64,000 nucleotides of DNA. Origin: Candidatus Parcubacteria bacterium (GTDB taxonomy: Bacteria > Patescibacteriota > Minisyncoccia > UBA6257 > 2-01-FULL-56-20). The DNA is taken from assembly GCA_027450205.1 (NCBI GenBank), contig DAIDJL010000004.1, positions 139,932 to 203,931 of the forward strand. The letters are read 5' to 3'. Made by a program: the position numbers and the translations under genes. The notes beneath the pieces were generated by a model. That model was not told where the DNA came from. It searched no databases and saw only the letters and a program-made list of their open reading frames with translations. This document shows positions 28,804-36,852 of the stretch, piece by piece; the first letter of the stretch is position 1; every line of letters begins with the position of its first letter.

Positions 28804-29196
28804 TTATAGCCGCTCGACCAGGATAAATTCTTCGCAGATAACCTTAGAATTGTCGTTAAATGAGCCGGAGAAGCCCTTAAAGAACTCTCTATGCTTCTCA
28901 CGCCATGCTTCAACATCTGGATCACCTTCCCCTTCCTTTTGGATAAAATCGTACTCAACCCCTAAAAATGACTTAACTTCGGCAGCAGTGTATTGAATAA
29001 TGCAAAATCGTTTACCGTCGCTGCCGAGGATGGCGGCATATTGCCCCTTCACTGGAATTGTTTTGCCCTCCTGCCACAATCCGGTTGTCGCGGTCTTTTC
29101 CCCGGAAAGCACGAGTTGTTTCAGGTGATCAGCCAATTCTTTATCATCACCGAAGTCCCATTCATATAACTGCATTTTTGACCAATCCTTTTCCAT
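28804..29196 (-). CDS. ASCH (ASC-1 homology, PUA-like) domain protein
   Basis: MQLYEWDFGDDKELADHLKQLVLSGEKTATTGLW: the ASCH-like N-terminal beta-barrel pattern; 130 aa. Confidence 0.5.
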   Translation of the reverse strand: MEKDWSKMQLYEWDFGDDKELADHLKQLVLSGEKTATTGLWQEGKTIPVKGQYAAILGSDGKRFCIIQYTAAEVKSFLGVEYDFIQKEGEGDPDVEAWREKHREFFKGFSGSFNDNSKVICEEFILVERL

Positions 29197-29206
29197 AATT
29201 TTTCAA

Positions 29207-29932
29207 TTATATCTTCTTTAGAAGCGGGCATACAAAACCCATGGCTTCAAATGGGCAATGCTCCTCATTTGGACGCTTGGCGTTTGATGGTTTTGATCCT
29301 CGCCGTAAATTGAGAACGCTACGCGGAGATTGCGCTTTTAGAATTTCGTTCAAATTATAATTGGCTATTACCTTTAATTGCGGATGGAGCTGAAAAAGAA
29401 CGTAATCTTTGCGTTCAGGGTGGGTGCGTCCTAGTCCGACTACCGGACATACCGCCCCAGTATTCTGCAAAGCGCTCGCTATCTCTTCCCATGAATTGAT
29501 CTGAGTTCCTGTTTGAATATGAAGCAGTATGATCGTTTTTGCATCGTAAGATTTTGCTTTAGATAATTTCGTCCTACTTAAAAATTTTCCAATATCCTCA
29601 TTTGGTGCGGGAAGAAATGAAACCACTTCAACATCTTGATATTCCCAGTGAGGAGCGTGCTCTCCCTCGGGCGGTAGAAAATGCCCAGTCCTTACATCCG
29701 GGCTACCTTCCAAATCTGCTACGGGTTGCATCCAATGATCACCTTCTGCGATTTGAATGCCGAGCAAAGCATAAGCTGCTACTAGTAGCTCATCAGCTTT
29801 TTTGAACGCCTTGGTAGTTTTTTGATCCGCAGGCATCGAATCTAAATGCTGGGCGTAATGATAAATGACGCTATGCGGCGCATACCAAATCGGGTCTTTT
29901 AGCCAGTATGCTTTGTCTCTTTCATTATTCAT
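29207..29932 (-). CDS. Hypothetical 241-aa protein, no recognisable motif
   Basis: ORF only. The start codon directly abuts repeat C and has no SD. Confidence 0.45.
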   Translation of the reverse strand: MNNERDKAYWLKDPIWYAPHSVIYHYAQHLDSMPADQKTTKAFKKADELLVAAYALLGIQIAEGDHWMQPVADLEGSPDVRTGHFLPPEGEHAPHWEYQDVEVVSFLPAPNEDIGKFLSRTKLSKAKSYDAKTIILLHIQTGTQINSWEEIASALQNTGAVCPVVGLGRTHPERKDYVLFQLHPQLKVIANYNLNEILKAQSPRSVLNLRRGSKPSNAKRPNEEHCPFEAMGFVCPLLKKI

Positions 29933-29966
29933 AAACTTTGTGCGGAGTATCGGACTATGTTCAAAC
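29927..29966 (-). repeat. Repeat C: degenerate tRNA-Tyr 3'-end copy between the NUDIX-fold gene and the 241-aa gene
   Basis: Minus-strand reading GGAAATAGGTTTGAACATAGTCCGATACTCCGCACAAAG, the closest match to repeat A. Confidence 0.5.
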
Positions 29967-29990
29967 CTATTTCCTTCAATTCTCTATTTC

Positions 29991-30416
29991 TTAATGATAC
30001 AAATCCAAGGCTTTCAGAAGCTTTACGGACGGAGGAACGAGGTCATATTGCGATAACATCGTCGTCGGTATCCAATCAACCCTTTCCGCACCCGTCGGCA
30101 CCCTTGGTTGGCCGCCGATATATTTACATATCAGATTCACATATGTGAACTCTTTTAAAATACCGTCATGATCGTTCTTTATTTCGGAATCCGAAGGTAT
30201 CGCACGATCATTCACTTCAACATCAATACCCAATCCTTCTTTTAGATAGTCTTTTAAGGTTGTTGAGTCTTCTTGTTTTGCCGTTGGCTCACATCCGAAA
30301 AGATACCACGTTTCTTTATACGGAGGAGATCCCGCAGGTTTTTTACGCATTAAAATCGAACCATCTTTTTCGATAACGGCGATCAGCAATTTCTTCTGAG
30401 GGAGATCGGATCTCAT
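29991..30416 (-). CDS. MutT-like NUDIX-fold protein with a degenerate Nudix box (catalytic Glu residues replaced by Lys)
   Basis: Collinear with MutT (LLIAVIEKDGSILMRKK...; C-terminal DLVPPSVKLLKAL). The box reads GCEPTAKQEDSTTLKDYLKEGLGI instead of GX5EX7REUXEEXGU. Confidence 0.45.
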   Translation of the reverse strand: MRSDLPQKKLLIAVIEKDGSILMRKKPAGSPPYKETWYLFGCEPTAKQEDSTTLKDYLKEGLGIDVEVNDRAIPSDSEIKNDHDGILKEFTYVNLICKYIGGQPRVPTGAERVDWIPTTMLSQYDLVPPSVKLLKALDLYH

Positions 30417-30441
30417 ACGATCATTCTACCACCTTTCTTTG

Positions 30442-30574
30442 TGCGCCGGGCAGGATGGCGCGTAAGAACGCGCGAAATTGGTTCGCTCGTCGAAAATGAA
30501 ATTCCCCTATTTCATTTTCTCCTCGCTGCCAATTCCCGAACCCTAAAGGGTTCTTATCCTGCCCACCATACGAG
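30442..30574 (-). ncRNA. R2: structured repeat element (copy 2), directly downstream of tRNA-Tyr. Ends with ATCCTGCCCGGCGCA identical to the tRNA 3' end
   Basis: See R1; the two share conserved blocks GAAATTGGTTCGCTCGTCGAAAATGAAA... and ...CATTTTCTCCTCGCTGCCAATTCCCGAACCCTAAAGGGTTCTTATCCTGCCCACCATACGAG. Confidence 0.45.
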
Positions 30575-30611
30575 CAAACAAAAACGGTACTAATGGTACC
30601 GTTTTTGTTTG
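30575..30611. terminator. Bidirectional terminator hairpin between tRNA-Tyr and R2
   Basis: CAAACAAAAACGGTAC-taatg-GTACCGTTTTTGTTTG. Confidence 0.65.
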
Positions 30612-30614
30612 TAG

Positions 30615-30698
30615 TGCGCCGGGCAGGATTCGAACCTGCGTAGCCCATAGGGCGACAGATTTACAGTCTGTTGCGATTGACCACTCCGCCACCGACGC
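30615..30698 (-). tRNA. tRNA-Tyr (anticodon GTA), class II long variable arm, CCA not encoded
   Basis: GCGTCGGTGGCGGAGTGGTCAATCGCAACAGACTGTAAATCTGTCGCCCTATGGGCTACGCAGGTTCGAATCCTGCCCGGCGCA. The acceptor pairs 7/7 (one G-U) and the T-loop is GGTTCGAATCC. Confidence 0.85.
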
Positions 30699-30707
30699 AA
30701 TGTTAGG

Positions 30708-31037
30708 TTATTCAGGCCTTTCTCCTTCCTTATTCTGCCCGCTGATCTCCTTAAAATCAATGGTCGGGCGCTTATCTTCCTCCGGTTTGATCTTTTGCAG
30801 ATGCCGTGCGAGCATATTGTCCAGCTTGAGCACCAATACTTTTATCTTCCGCAGGAACTTGAGTAAAAAATTGTTGAATGCGGCATCGATCTTTTCCGGC
30901 ATCTCGGAGTGCGCCCAGCGCTCCAGAAATCCCCTCTCCTCTGCCGGCGTCTCTTCGATGCGCGGCAATGCCTGCACCGTCAGATAAAACACGATACCGA
31001 GACACACCATCAAGATCGTTGTAAAGATGAATTCCAT
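30708..31037 (-). CDS. Hypothetical small membrane protein (N-terminal TM)
   Basis: ORF only. Confidence 0.35.
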   Translation of the reverse strand: MEFIFTTILMVCLGIVFYLTVQALPRIEETPAEERGFLERWAHSEMPEKIDAAFNNFLLKFLRKIKVLVLKLDNMLARHLQKIKPEEDKRPTIDFKEISGQNKEGERPE

Positions 31038-31078
31038 GTAAGATGTGCGATCAAATGGGCATGCGGGATATACGTACG

Positions 31079-31549
31079 CTATGCTTCAACGCGATAAAAC
31101 TCGCCGACGGTGATGTTTTCCCCCACTTTTGCAATCACTTCGCCGATGATATCCTTTACCGTACGCGATTCGTCCTTTATATACGGCTGGGCCATCAGCT
31201 CTTCTGCATTTTTTGGCGCCGCCGCCGCAATGTGCATCGCAAGATCGTGTGCCAGCTCTTTGAACGGCTCAGAGCGGACGACAAAGTCCGTTTCGGCGCT
31301 CAAATGGAGCAAAACGCCGATCCGCTCGTTATGAACATATGATTGCACGAGTCCCGCGCCCGTCGCACGATCGGAACGCTTTTCTACTTTTACCAAGCCT
31401 TTTTCTCGGATGATCCTGACAGCGGCATCGATGTCGCCATTCGCTTCAATGAGCGCTTTGCGGCAATCCATTACTCCCGCACTTGTGATATCGCGTAATT
31501 TTTGAACCAGTTCCGCCGTGACCGTTGTTTTGGTTTCCATAGTTTTCAA
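31079..31549 (-). CDS. tsf: Elongation factor Ts (short form)
   Basis: N-terminal UBA-like TAELVQKLRDITSAGVMDCRKAL; 156 aa; downstream of rpsB. Confidence 0.85.
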   Translation of the reverse strand: MKTMETKTTVTAELVQKLRDITSAGVMDCRKALIEANGDIDAAVRIIREKGLVKVEKRSDRATGAGLVQSYVHNERIGVLLHLSAETDFVVRSEPFKELAHDLAMHIAAAAPKNAEELMAQPYIKDESRTVKDIIGEVIAKVGENITVGEFYRVEA

Positions 31550-31580
31550 TTATACTACATTCTCCTTTCTTACAGACAAT

Positions 31581-32387
31581 TTATTTTTCGTTCGTAGAAG
31601 CGGTCTGGGTGGCGGGCGATTCTGGCGCCGGTGCTGCCACTGCTGCCGCCGCGCGCAACTTAACCCCTTCTTCGTACGCCTTCCCTATCCGCTCCAAAAA
31701 CCATTCAATGCTCTTCTTTGCCTTATCGTTTCCCGGAACGACATAACTGATCTTGTCCGGGTCTGCATCCACATTGGCGAGCGCGACAACCGGGATTTTT
31801 TTGGTATTTGCTTCGCTGACCGCCGTATGGTGCAGGATGGGGTCGATCACGATGACGACATCCGGTTCTTTGGTCATCGCCTCGAGGCCTCCCATCAGCT
31901 CCTCCAAGCGGCGCATCTCGCGCTCCATTTCCAGTCGTTCTTTCTTGGTGTATTTATTGACGAGCGCACCGGATGCGAGATCGGCGCGGAGCGTCTTCAT
32001 GTGTTCGATGCGCTTGACGATGATCTTGAAATTTGTGATCGCGCCGCCGACCCAGCGGGTCGTGACATATGGGATGCCGAGCTTCTTTGCGAGCGCAGTG
32101 ACGCTGGCTTCTGCCGCCGGGACGGTACCCACGAGAAGGATCAGGCCGTTGTTGCGTACACGTTCCTTAATGAACGCCGCCGCCGCATCCATCATTTCCT
32201 CGGTCTTTTGAAGATTGATGATCTCTATTCCCCCGCGGTTGGCCAACACGAACGGGCGCATCTTGGGGTTCGTTTTACTCTTTTTGCGCCCATAAAAAAC
32301 ACCCGCATCCATCATTTCGCGGGAACCTTCCGCCGGATATCCGGACGTCTGGTTGTTCTGCATCGCTATAACTGTGTCTTCTGGCAT
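31581..32387 (-). CDS. rpsB: 30S ribosomal protein S2
   Basis: Full-length S2 similarity (...VTTRWVGGAITNF...); rpsB-tsf order. Confidence 0.9.
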   Translation of the reverse strand: MPEDTVIAMQNNQTSGYPAEGSREMMDAGVFYGRKKSKTNPKMRPFVLANRGGIEIINLQKTEEMMDAAAAFIKERVRNNGLILLVGTVPAAEASVTALAKKLGIPYVTTRWVGGAITNFKIIVKRIEHMKTLRADLASGALVNKYTKKERLEMEREMRRLEELMGGLEAMTKEPDVVIVIDPILHHTAVSEANTKKIPVVALANVDADPDKISYVVPGNDKAKKSIEWFLERIGKAYEEGVKLRAAAAVAAPAPESPATQTASTNEK

Positions 32388-32394
32388 ACGAGAA

Positions 32395-32422
32395 AGTATA
32401 ACAAATGGTCGGAGATAGTCAA
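32395..32422 (-). promoter_or_regulatory. Sigma70-type promoter TTGACT-16-TATACT ending 7 nt before the rpsB ATG (leaderless rpsB-tsf transcript predicted)
   Basis: Hexamers read on the minus strand. Confidence 0.5.
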
Positions 32423-32507
32423 ATAAGATAGGCGTCTTTTGTTATGTTATAAAAAAAGAGCCGCGGGCAAATGCCTTTGGCTCAAACCTTTTGGACGCAG
32501 GATCACT

Positions 32508-32660
32508 CTACGGTGAAGCCTTTTCTGCGCAATTCGGAGAGCATACCTCCCCGTAATAGCGGGTTTCTATTCCTTGTCCGTTTATTGCCTCATAACAGAC
32601 GCCGCACCTTCTTTCCGATAGCCACTTCCTTATGCGATCCTTCCAACGATCTTTCTTCAT
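32508..32660 (-). CDS. Unlisted 50-aa zinc-ribbon protein (MKKDRWKDRIRKWLSERRCGVCYEAINGQGIETRYYGEVCSPNCAEKASP)
   Basis: GGGAGG RBS 5 nt upstream; extended -10 TGcTATAAT about 35 nt upstream; CxxC...CxxxC motif; lies in the 340-nt mraY-rpsB gap. Confidence 0.45.
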   Translation of the reverse strand: MKKDRWKDRIRKWLSERRCGVCYEAINGQGIETRYYGEVCSPNCAEKASP

Positions 32661-32725
32661 AAAATCCTCCCATGAGAAAATCGCCGTATCTCAGGTCGTA
32701 TTATAGCATCACTACCCCGCCGGGG

Positions 32726-33784
32726 TTAATGCGAGAGGAAAAAGATCACGAGTCCGAGCGCGCAGAACACGGCGGAGATGATCCAGAAGCGCATGGTCAC
32801 CTGCGACTCCGGCCAGCCGAGCGCCTCAAAATGATGGTGGATCGGCGCGGAGCGAAACACTTTTTTGCCACGCCGCAATTTTTTTGAGGCAATTTGGATG
32901 ATCACGGAAAGCGACTCGATCACGAGGATGACGGTAAAAAAGGGCAGGATGAGCGTGGTGTTGGTAAGCATCGCAATGACGCCGATCGTGATACCGAGCG
33001 ACATCGAACCGGTGTCCCCCATGAAGAACTTGGCGGGGTAGATATTGAACCAGAGGAATGCAAGGAGCGCGCCGATGACGACGCCGCTGAATGCCGCGAG
33101 ATCGTAGCGGTGCAGGACGAACGCCACGGTAGCGAGCGAAACGAACGCAAAAAGCGATACGCCGCCAAGCAGGCCATCCAGGCCGTCGGTTTCGTTTGCG
33201 CTGAAAGCGGCAGCGAAGATGATGAATATGAAGATCGGGATGTACCACCAGCCGATCGTGACACTGCCGACGAACGGGATCTCAAGCACGTTCCATCCGA
33301 GGCGGAAATAGAACCACCACGCGCCAACGAGCGCGACGATCATATAAAAAACCGCTTTCTGTCGGATCTTCAATCCCCCGCCGGAGGCACCGCCGAGCTT
33401 GAGCACGCCAAGCCAGTCGTCGAGCAGGCCGAGAAGCGCGGCGATGAGAAATGCCGCGATCGGCAGATATGTCTCGGCGCGGTCGACGAAGTTAAAGTAA
33501 TGCCATACCCCATCAAACAAGTGGTTCATCACATCAAAGAAGATCGCCATACCGATCACGGTGGAAACAAAGATAAGCCCGCCGCTCGTCGGCGTGCCCA
33601 GCTTGTTCTTATGCAGCTCGCTGTAGACCGGCGCATCCGTATAATTACGCAGCTGCTTGCCGAAATATTTTTTTAAGAATTTGAACCAGAGCGGCGTGAC
33701 AAGAAGCGCGATCACGAATGACAGCGTCGTGAGAATGGTGACGCGTACAGCCTCACTGAGCAACATTGATTGCATAAGTAACAT
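32726..33784 (-). CDS. mraY: Phospho-N-acetylmuramoyl-pentapeptide transferase
   Basis: 10-TM profile; NETDGLDGL and MGDTGSMSLG motifs; start placed at the internal MLLMQSM. Confidence 0.9.
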   Translation of the reverse strand: MLLMQSMLLSEAVRVTILTTLSFVIALLVTPLWFKFLKKYFGKQLRNYTDAPVYSELHKNKLGTPTSGGLIFVSTVIGMAIFFDVMNHLFDGVWHYFNFVDRAETYLPIAAFLIAALLGLLDDWLGVLKLGGASGGGLKIRQKAVFYMIVALVGAWWFYFRLGWNVLEIPFVGSVTIGWWYIPIFIFIIFAAAFSANETDGLDGLLGGVSLFAFVSLATVAFVLHRYDLAAFSGVVIGALLAFLWFNIYPAKFFMGDTGSMSLGITIGVIAMLTNTTLILPFFTVILVIESLSVIIQIASKKLRRGKKVFRSAPIHHHFEALGWPESQVTMRFWIISAVFCALGLVIFFLSH

Positions 33785-33800
33785 ATATTTGTTCGTACGG

Positions 33801-34790
33801 TTATTTATAATTGGCCCGGTACCAGGAGTATAGCATTGAGGTGTCAATGAACGGGAGCGCGGGAGCGCCGAGCACGGTGACCAACACCGGGGTCCCGTTG
33901 TCGTTGAACAGCGAAAGGAGATTTGCGTCCGCCTGCGGCGTGTTCCCGGTCTTGCCGCCGATGAAGTCCGGCGTACCCGCGAAATTATTGATGCTTCGCA
34001 CAGTGATCGTTCTTCCGGAGTTCAGTTCGGTGATCGTCGTCACCGGCGTGTCGGTGATGGCGAGGATGCCCGGATAGTTTTCGTACACATGTTGCGCGAG
34101 GATCATGAGGTCCTTCGCAGTGGATTGGTTTGCGGCAGAAATGCCGGATGGGTCGTCAAAATAAGTGTCGGTCATCCCCCATGCCGTTGCGCGAGCATTC
34201 ATCTCGTTCATGAATTGTGCGCGTCCGATGTAATCGGCCATCGCCTGCGCGGCCACATTGCTTGACGGCATGAGCATCAGATGCAAAAGATCCTCAACGG
34301 TATAGGTGCCTCCGATCACGAGCGTGCGTTCGTCCGGATCCGCCGCGAACATTTGCGGCGTAATGGTGATCCGGGTGCTTGTCGTGAGTTGATCAAAGAC
34401 AAGCGTAGCGGTCATTAGTTTGGTGAGTGACGCCGTTGGCCAGCGCTTTGACACATTCGCACCGGCAATGATACTGCCGGTGGAAAGGTCGGCCACCATA
34501 TATGCCTCACTGCTGAAATTTGGCAGTGGCGTGAGGTTTGTTGTCGTATTGTTTTCGGTAACAGTGTTTGCGTTGGCACTGGCGTTGACAGTGTTGTTCG
34601 CGCTGTTCACGGAAGTTTGCGGCAACACGAGCGTCGGAGGCGCGGTTGCGGTCTCGGCGTCCGCGGTCTGCGGCCGATCATTGCCAGCAGATACCGGTAC
34701 GCCGGAAATGTTGGGGTATGCGAAACGCGCAAAAAAAACGGCGGCTATGATAACGAACAAAAAAAATAATTGTTCCGTTTTTTTTATCAT
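33801..34790 (-). CDS. D-alanyl-D-alanine carboxypeptidase (S11, PBP5-like), membrane-anchored
   Basis: SxxK (ASLTK), SxN (SSN) and KTG motifs at canonical spacing. Confidence 0.75.
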   Translation of the reverse strand: MIKKTEQLFFLFVIIAAVFFARFAYPNISGVPVSAGNDRPQTADAETATAPPTLVLPQTSVNSANNTVNASANANTVTENNTTTNLTPLPNFSSEAYMVADLSTGSIIAGANVSKRWPTASLTKLMTATLVFDQLTTSTRITITPQMFAADPDERTLVIGGTYTVEDLLHLMLMPSSNVAAQAMADYIGRAQFMNEMNARATAWGMTDTYFDDPSGISAANQSTAKDLMILAQHVYENYPGILAITDTPVTTITELNSGRTITVRSINNFAGTPDFIGGKTGNTPQADANLLSLFNDNGTPVLVTVLGAPALPFIDTSMLYSWYRANYK

Positions 34791-35410
34791 GCCTGTTCCT
34801 GGGCGGATGCGCTTTCGGCATCCGACATATTCTTTATTTCTGCGCCCGGGATATCTTCCGGCTTGGCGCTGCTCGGCTGTTGCGGGTCGAATACCTTCAA
34901 TAATTCCTGGAATTTTTCGTAATCCGGGAGGCCTTCTTTTTCTTTTATTCCAAGATGCTTCATGAGGTCGAATGTTCCGCGATAAAGAAAGCTTGCAGGA
35001 TGTTCCGGATCGGGAAAACGTTCCACGAGACCCCGGATCATGAGGCTGCGCAAAATGACGATAGAATTCACGCCGCGCAAATATTCCAGCCGCGCGCGCG
35101 AGATCGGCCCGAGGTACGCAACAATAGAGAGCGCTTCGAGCGATGCCGGTGAAAGGTCCTCGGAGATCTCCTCCTTCATAAAGCTCTCCAAGATCGGGTT
35201 GAACTCCGGCTTGGTGGCGAGCTGCACTTTTTCGCGATCGGAAATCAACTGCAGGCCGCGCGTGTCATTTTCCAAGTCGGCCTTCAGTTCAGCGATAAGC
35301 GCTTCCAGTTCTTCTTTTTCTATTCCCAAAACGGATTGTATTTTTTTATACGAGAGTGGTTCTCCGTGGATGAATAGTAATGCTTCGAGCGATGCGCGGG
35401 ACGGTTTCAT
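34787..35410 (-). CDS. scpB: Segregation and condensation protein B
   Basis: Tandem winged-helix ScpB signature (SLEALLFIHGEPLS... / SLEALSIVAYLGPISRARLE). Confidence 0.85.
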   Translation of the reverse strand: MKPSRASLEALLFIHGEPLSYKKIQSVLGIEKEELEALIAELKADLENDTRGLQLISDREKVQLATKPEFNPILESFMKEEISEDLSPASLEALSIVAYLGPISRARLEYLRGVNSIVILRSLMIRGLVERFPDPEHPASFLYRGTFDLMKHLGIKEKEGLPDYEKFQELLKVFDPQQPSSAKPEDIPGAEIKNMSDAESASAQEQA

Positions 35411-35428
35411 AGGCTTTTAATCTTTTTT

Positions 35429-36220
35429 TCACGATTTTTTCTTCACCATTATATCAGAAAAATTGTCCATTTGCTCCAGGAGCACAAGTTGTTCGCGCGC
35501 CAGATGAAGGATGGCAAGGAAGACCACGATCATCTCGCCGCGCGACTTCTCGCCGGACAAGTTGTTAAAATGCATGTCCCCTTCCTTTTGAATGCGGCCG
35601 AGCACCTCCGAGATCTTTTCTTCCAACGTGACGATCTTCTCACGGATCGTCTCCGTCTCGATATCGTATGTTTTTATTGAATCGAAGATATTCCCGAGCG
35701 CCTCGGTCAGCGCCGATGCATGCAGGTTGTTGCCCGGGTAGAACATTTGCCGCCCCGGAACATTGCCCGCGCCGCGGCCAAGAAAATAGGGGCGGCTGAA
35801 CGATTTGTGGCTGGTGAGCCAGAGTTGATGGATCAACCGGATCGCCGGCTTGAGCTGTTGGTAGATATGCAGACGCGATTCCAAATCTTTGATATCCGCC
35901 TCTTCTTCGTCCGTAAGCGTGAGTCCCGGCAATAAATATTTTGATTTGAGGAAAATGAGCTTGCTCGCGACGGAAACAAAGTCGGCGAGTACGCGCAGAT
36001 CCACGCGGAATTTATTTTCCGCGTCTGTGGCGGTTGTTTTGACATTCGCGCCCGCGACATCCTCCGCCATCCCTTGCTTAAACCTGTCCAAATACCGCAA
36101 AAAATCATCCGTGACCTTGGCCAGGCTGACCTCGTTGATGTCCATCTTTTCCGCCTCTATGAGCTCGAGCAGCTTCTCGAGCGGGCCGCTGAACTCCCCT
36201 ACGCGCGTTTCATATTCCAT
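35429..36220 (-). CDS. scpA: Segregation and condensation protein A
   Basis: Kleisin ScpA similarity; scpA-scpB operon. Confidence 0.85.
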   Translation of the reverse strand: MEYETRVGEFSGPLEKLLELIEAEKMDINEVSLAKVTDDFLRYLDRFKQGMAEDVAGANVKTTATDAENKFRVDLRVLADFVSVASKLIFLKSKYLLPGLTLTDEEEADIKDLESRLHIYQQLKPAIRLIHQLWLTSHKSFSRPYFLGRGAGNVPGRQMFYPGNNLHASALTEALGNIFDSIKTYDIETETIREKIVTLEEKISEVLGRIQKEGDMHFNNLSGEKSRGEMIVVFLAILHLAREQLVLLEQMDNFSDIMVKKKS

Positions 36221-36321
36221 GGGTGGAAGGCTATGTGTTTATGATAGAAGAAATATGAATGGGAATCAATAAAAAAAAATAGCGGCTGATCATCTAGAAA
36301 TTCGATGATCAGCCGGTGGGT

Positions 36322-36831
36322 TTAGCGCCGTCTAAGTTGCAAGACGCCGACGGTCGAAGTTATCTTCGAGTCATCATTTTCAAAGCTCAATTCGTCCGTC
36401 GCCGCCCAACCATGGGGAGACATGTTTTGGCTAATTCTTGCAGCGATAAAGCTGGCTGCATCGGCTTTTGACATCCCTTCAGGGAGTTCGAACTTTGTTA
36501 ATTCGGTGTTGAATGTTACGTCCCCCGATTCCGATTTTCCTACGCCGACGACCTTAAACTCATGCGGCAATAGATCTGGACAAACGTGAAAACTCAATTG
36601 CTGAATTTTTTCAGAATTCTGTCGAGCGTGGTCAAAATTCCAGAAGAGTGTGTCGAGGGTTCGTGCGATACATTGTTCAAGTTTAATGAGATCCACAAAC
36701 CCAAGCGCTAAAATTCTCATATTTCCTCCATGCGTCCCATGATGGGAAACGTCTCCTTGTGGAGAAACGTGGATTGAACTGGACGAATCCAGAACTGGTA
36801 ACAATATATCATAAATTTGAGAATTTTGCAA
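36322..36831 (-). CDS. Hypothetical protein
   Basis: ORF only; no motif recognised. Confidence 0.35.
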   Translation of the reverse strand: MQNSQIYDILLPVLDSSSSIHVSPQGDVSHHGTHGGNMRILALGFVDLIKLEQCIARTLDTLFWNFDHARQNSEKIQQLSFHVCPDLLPHEFKVVGVGKSESGDVTFNTELTKFELPEGMSKADAASFIAARISQNMSPHGWAATDELSFENDDSKITSTVGVLQLRRR

Positions 36832-36852
36832 CTAACGCTATAATAATCTCAC

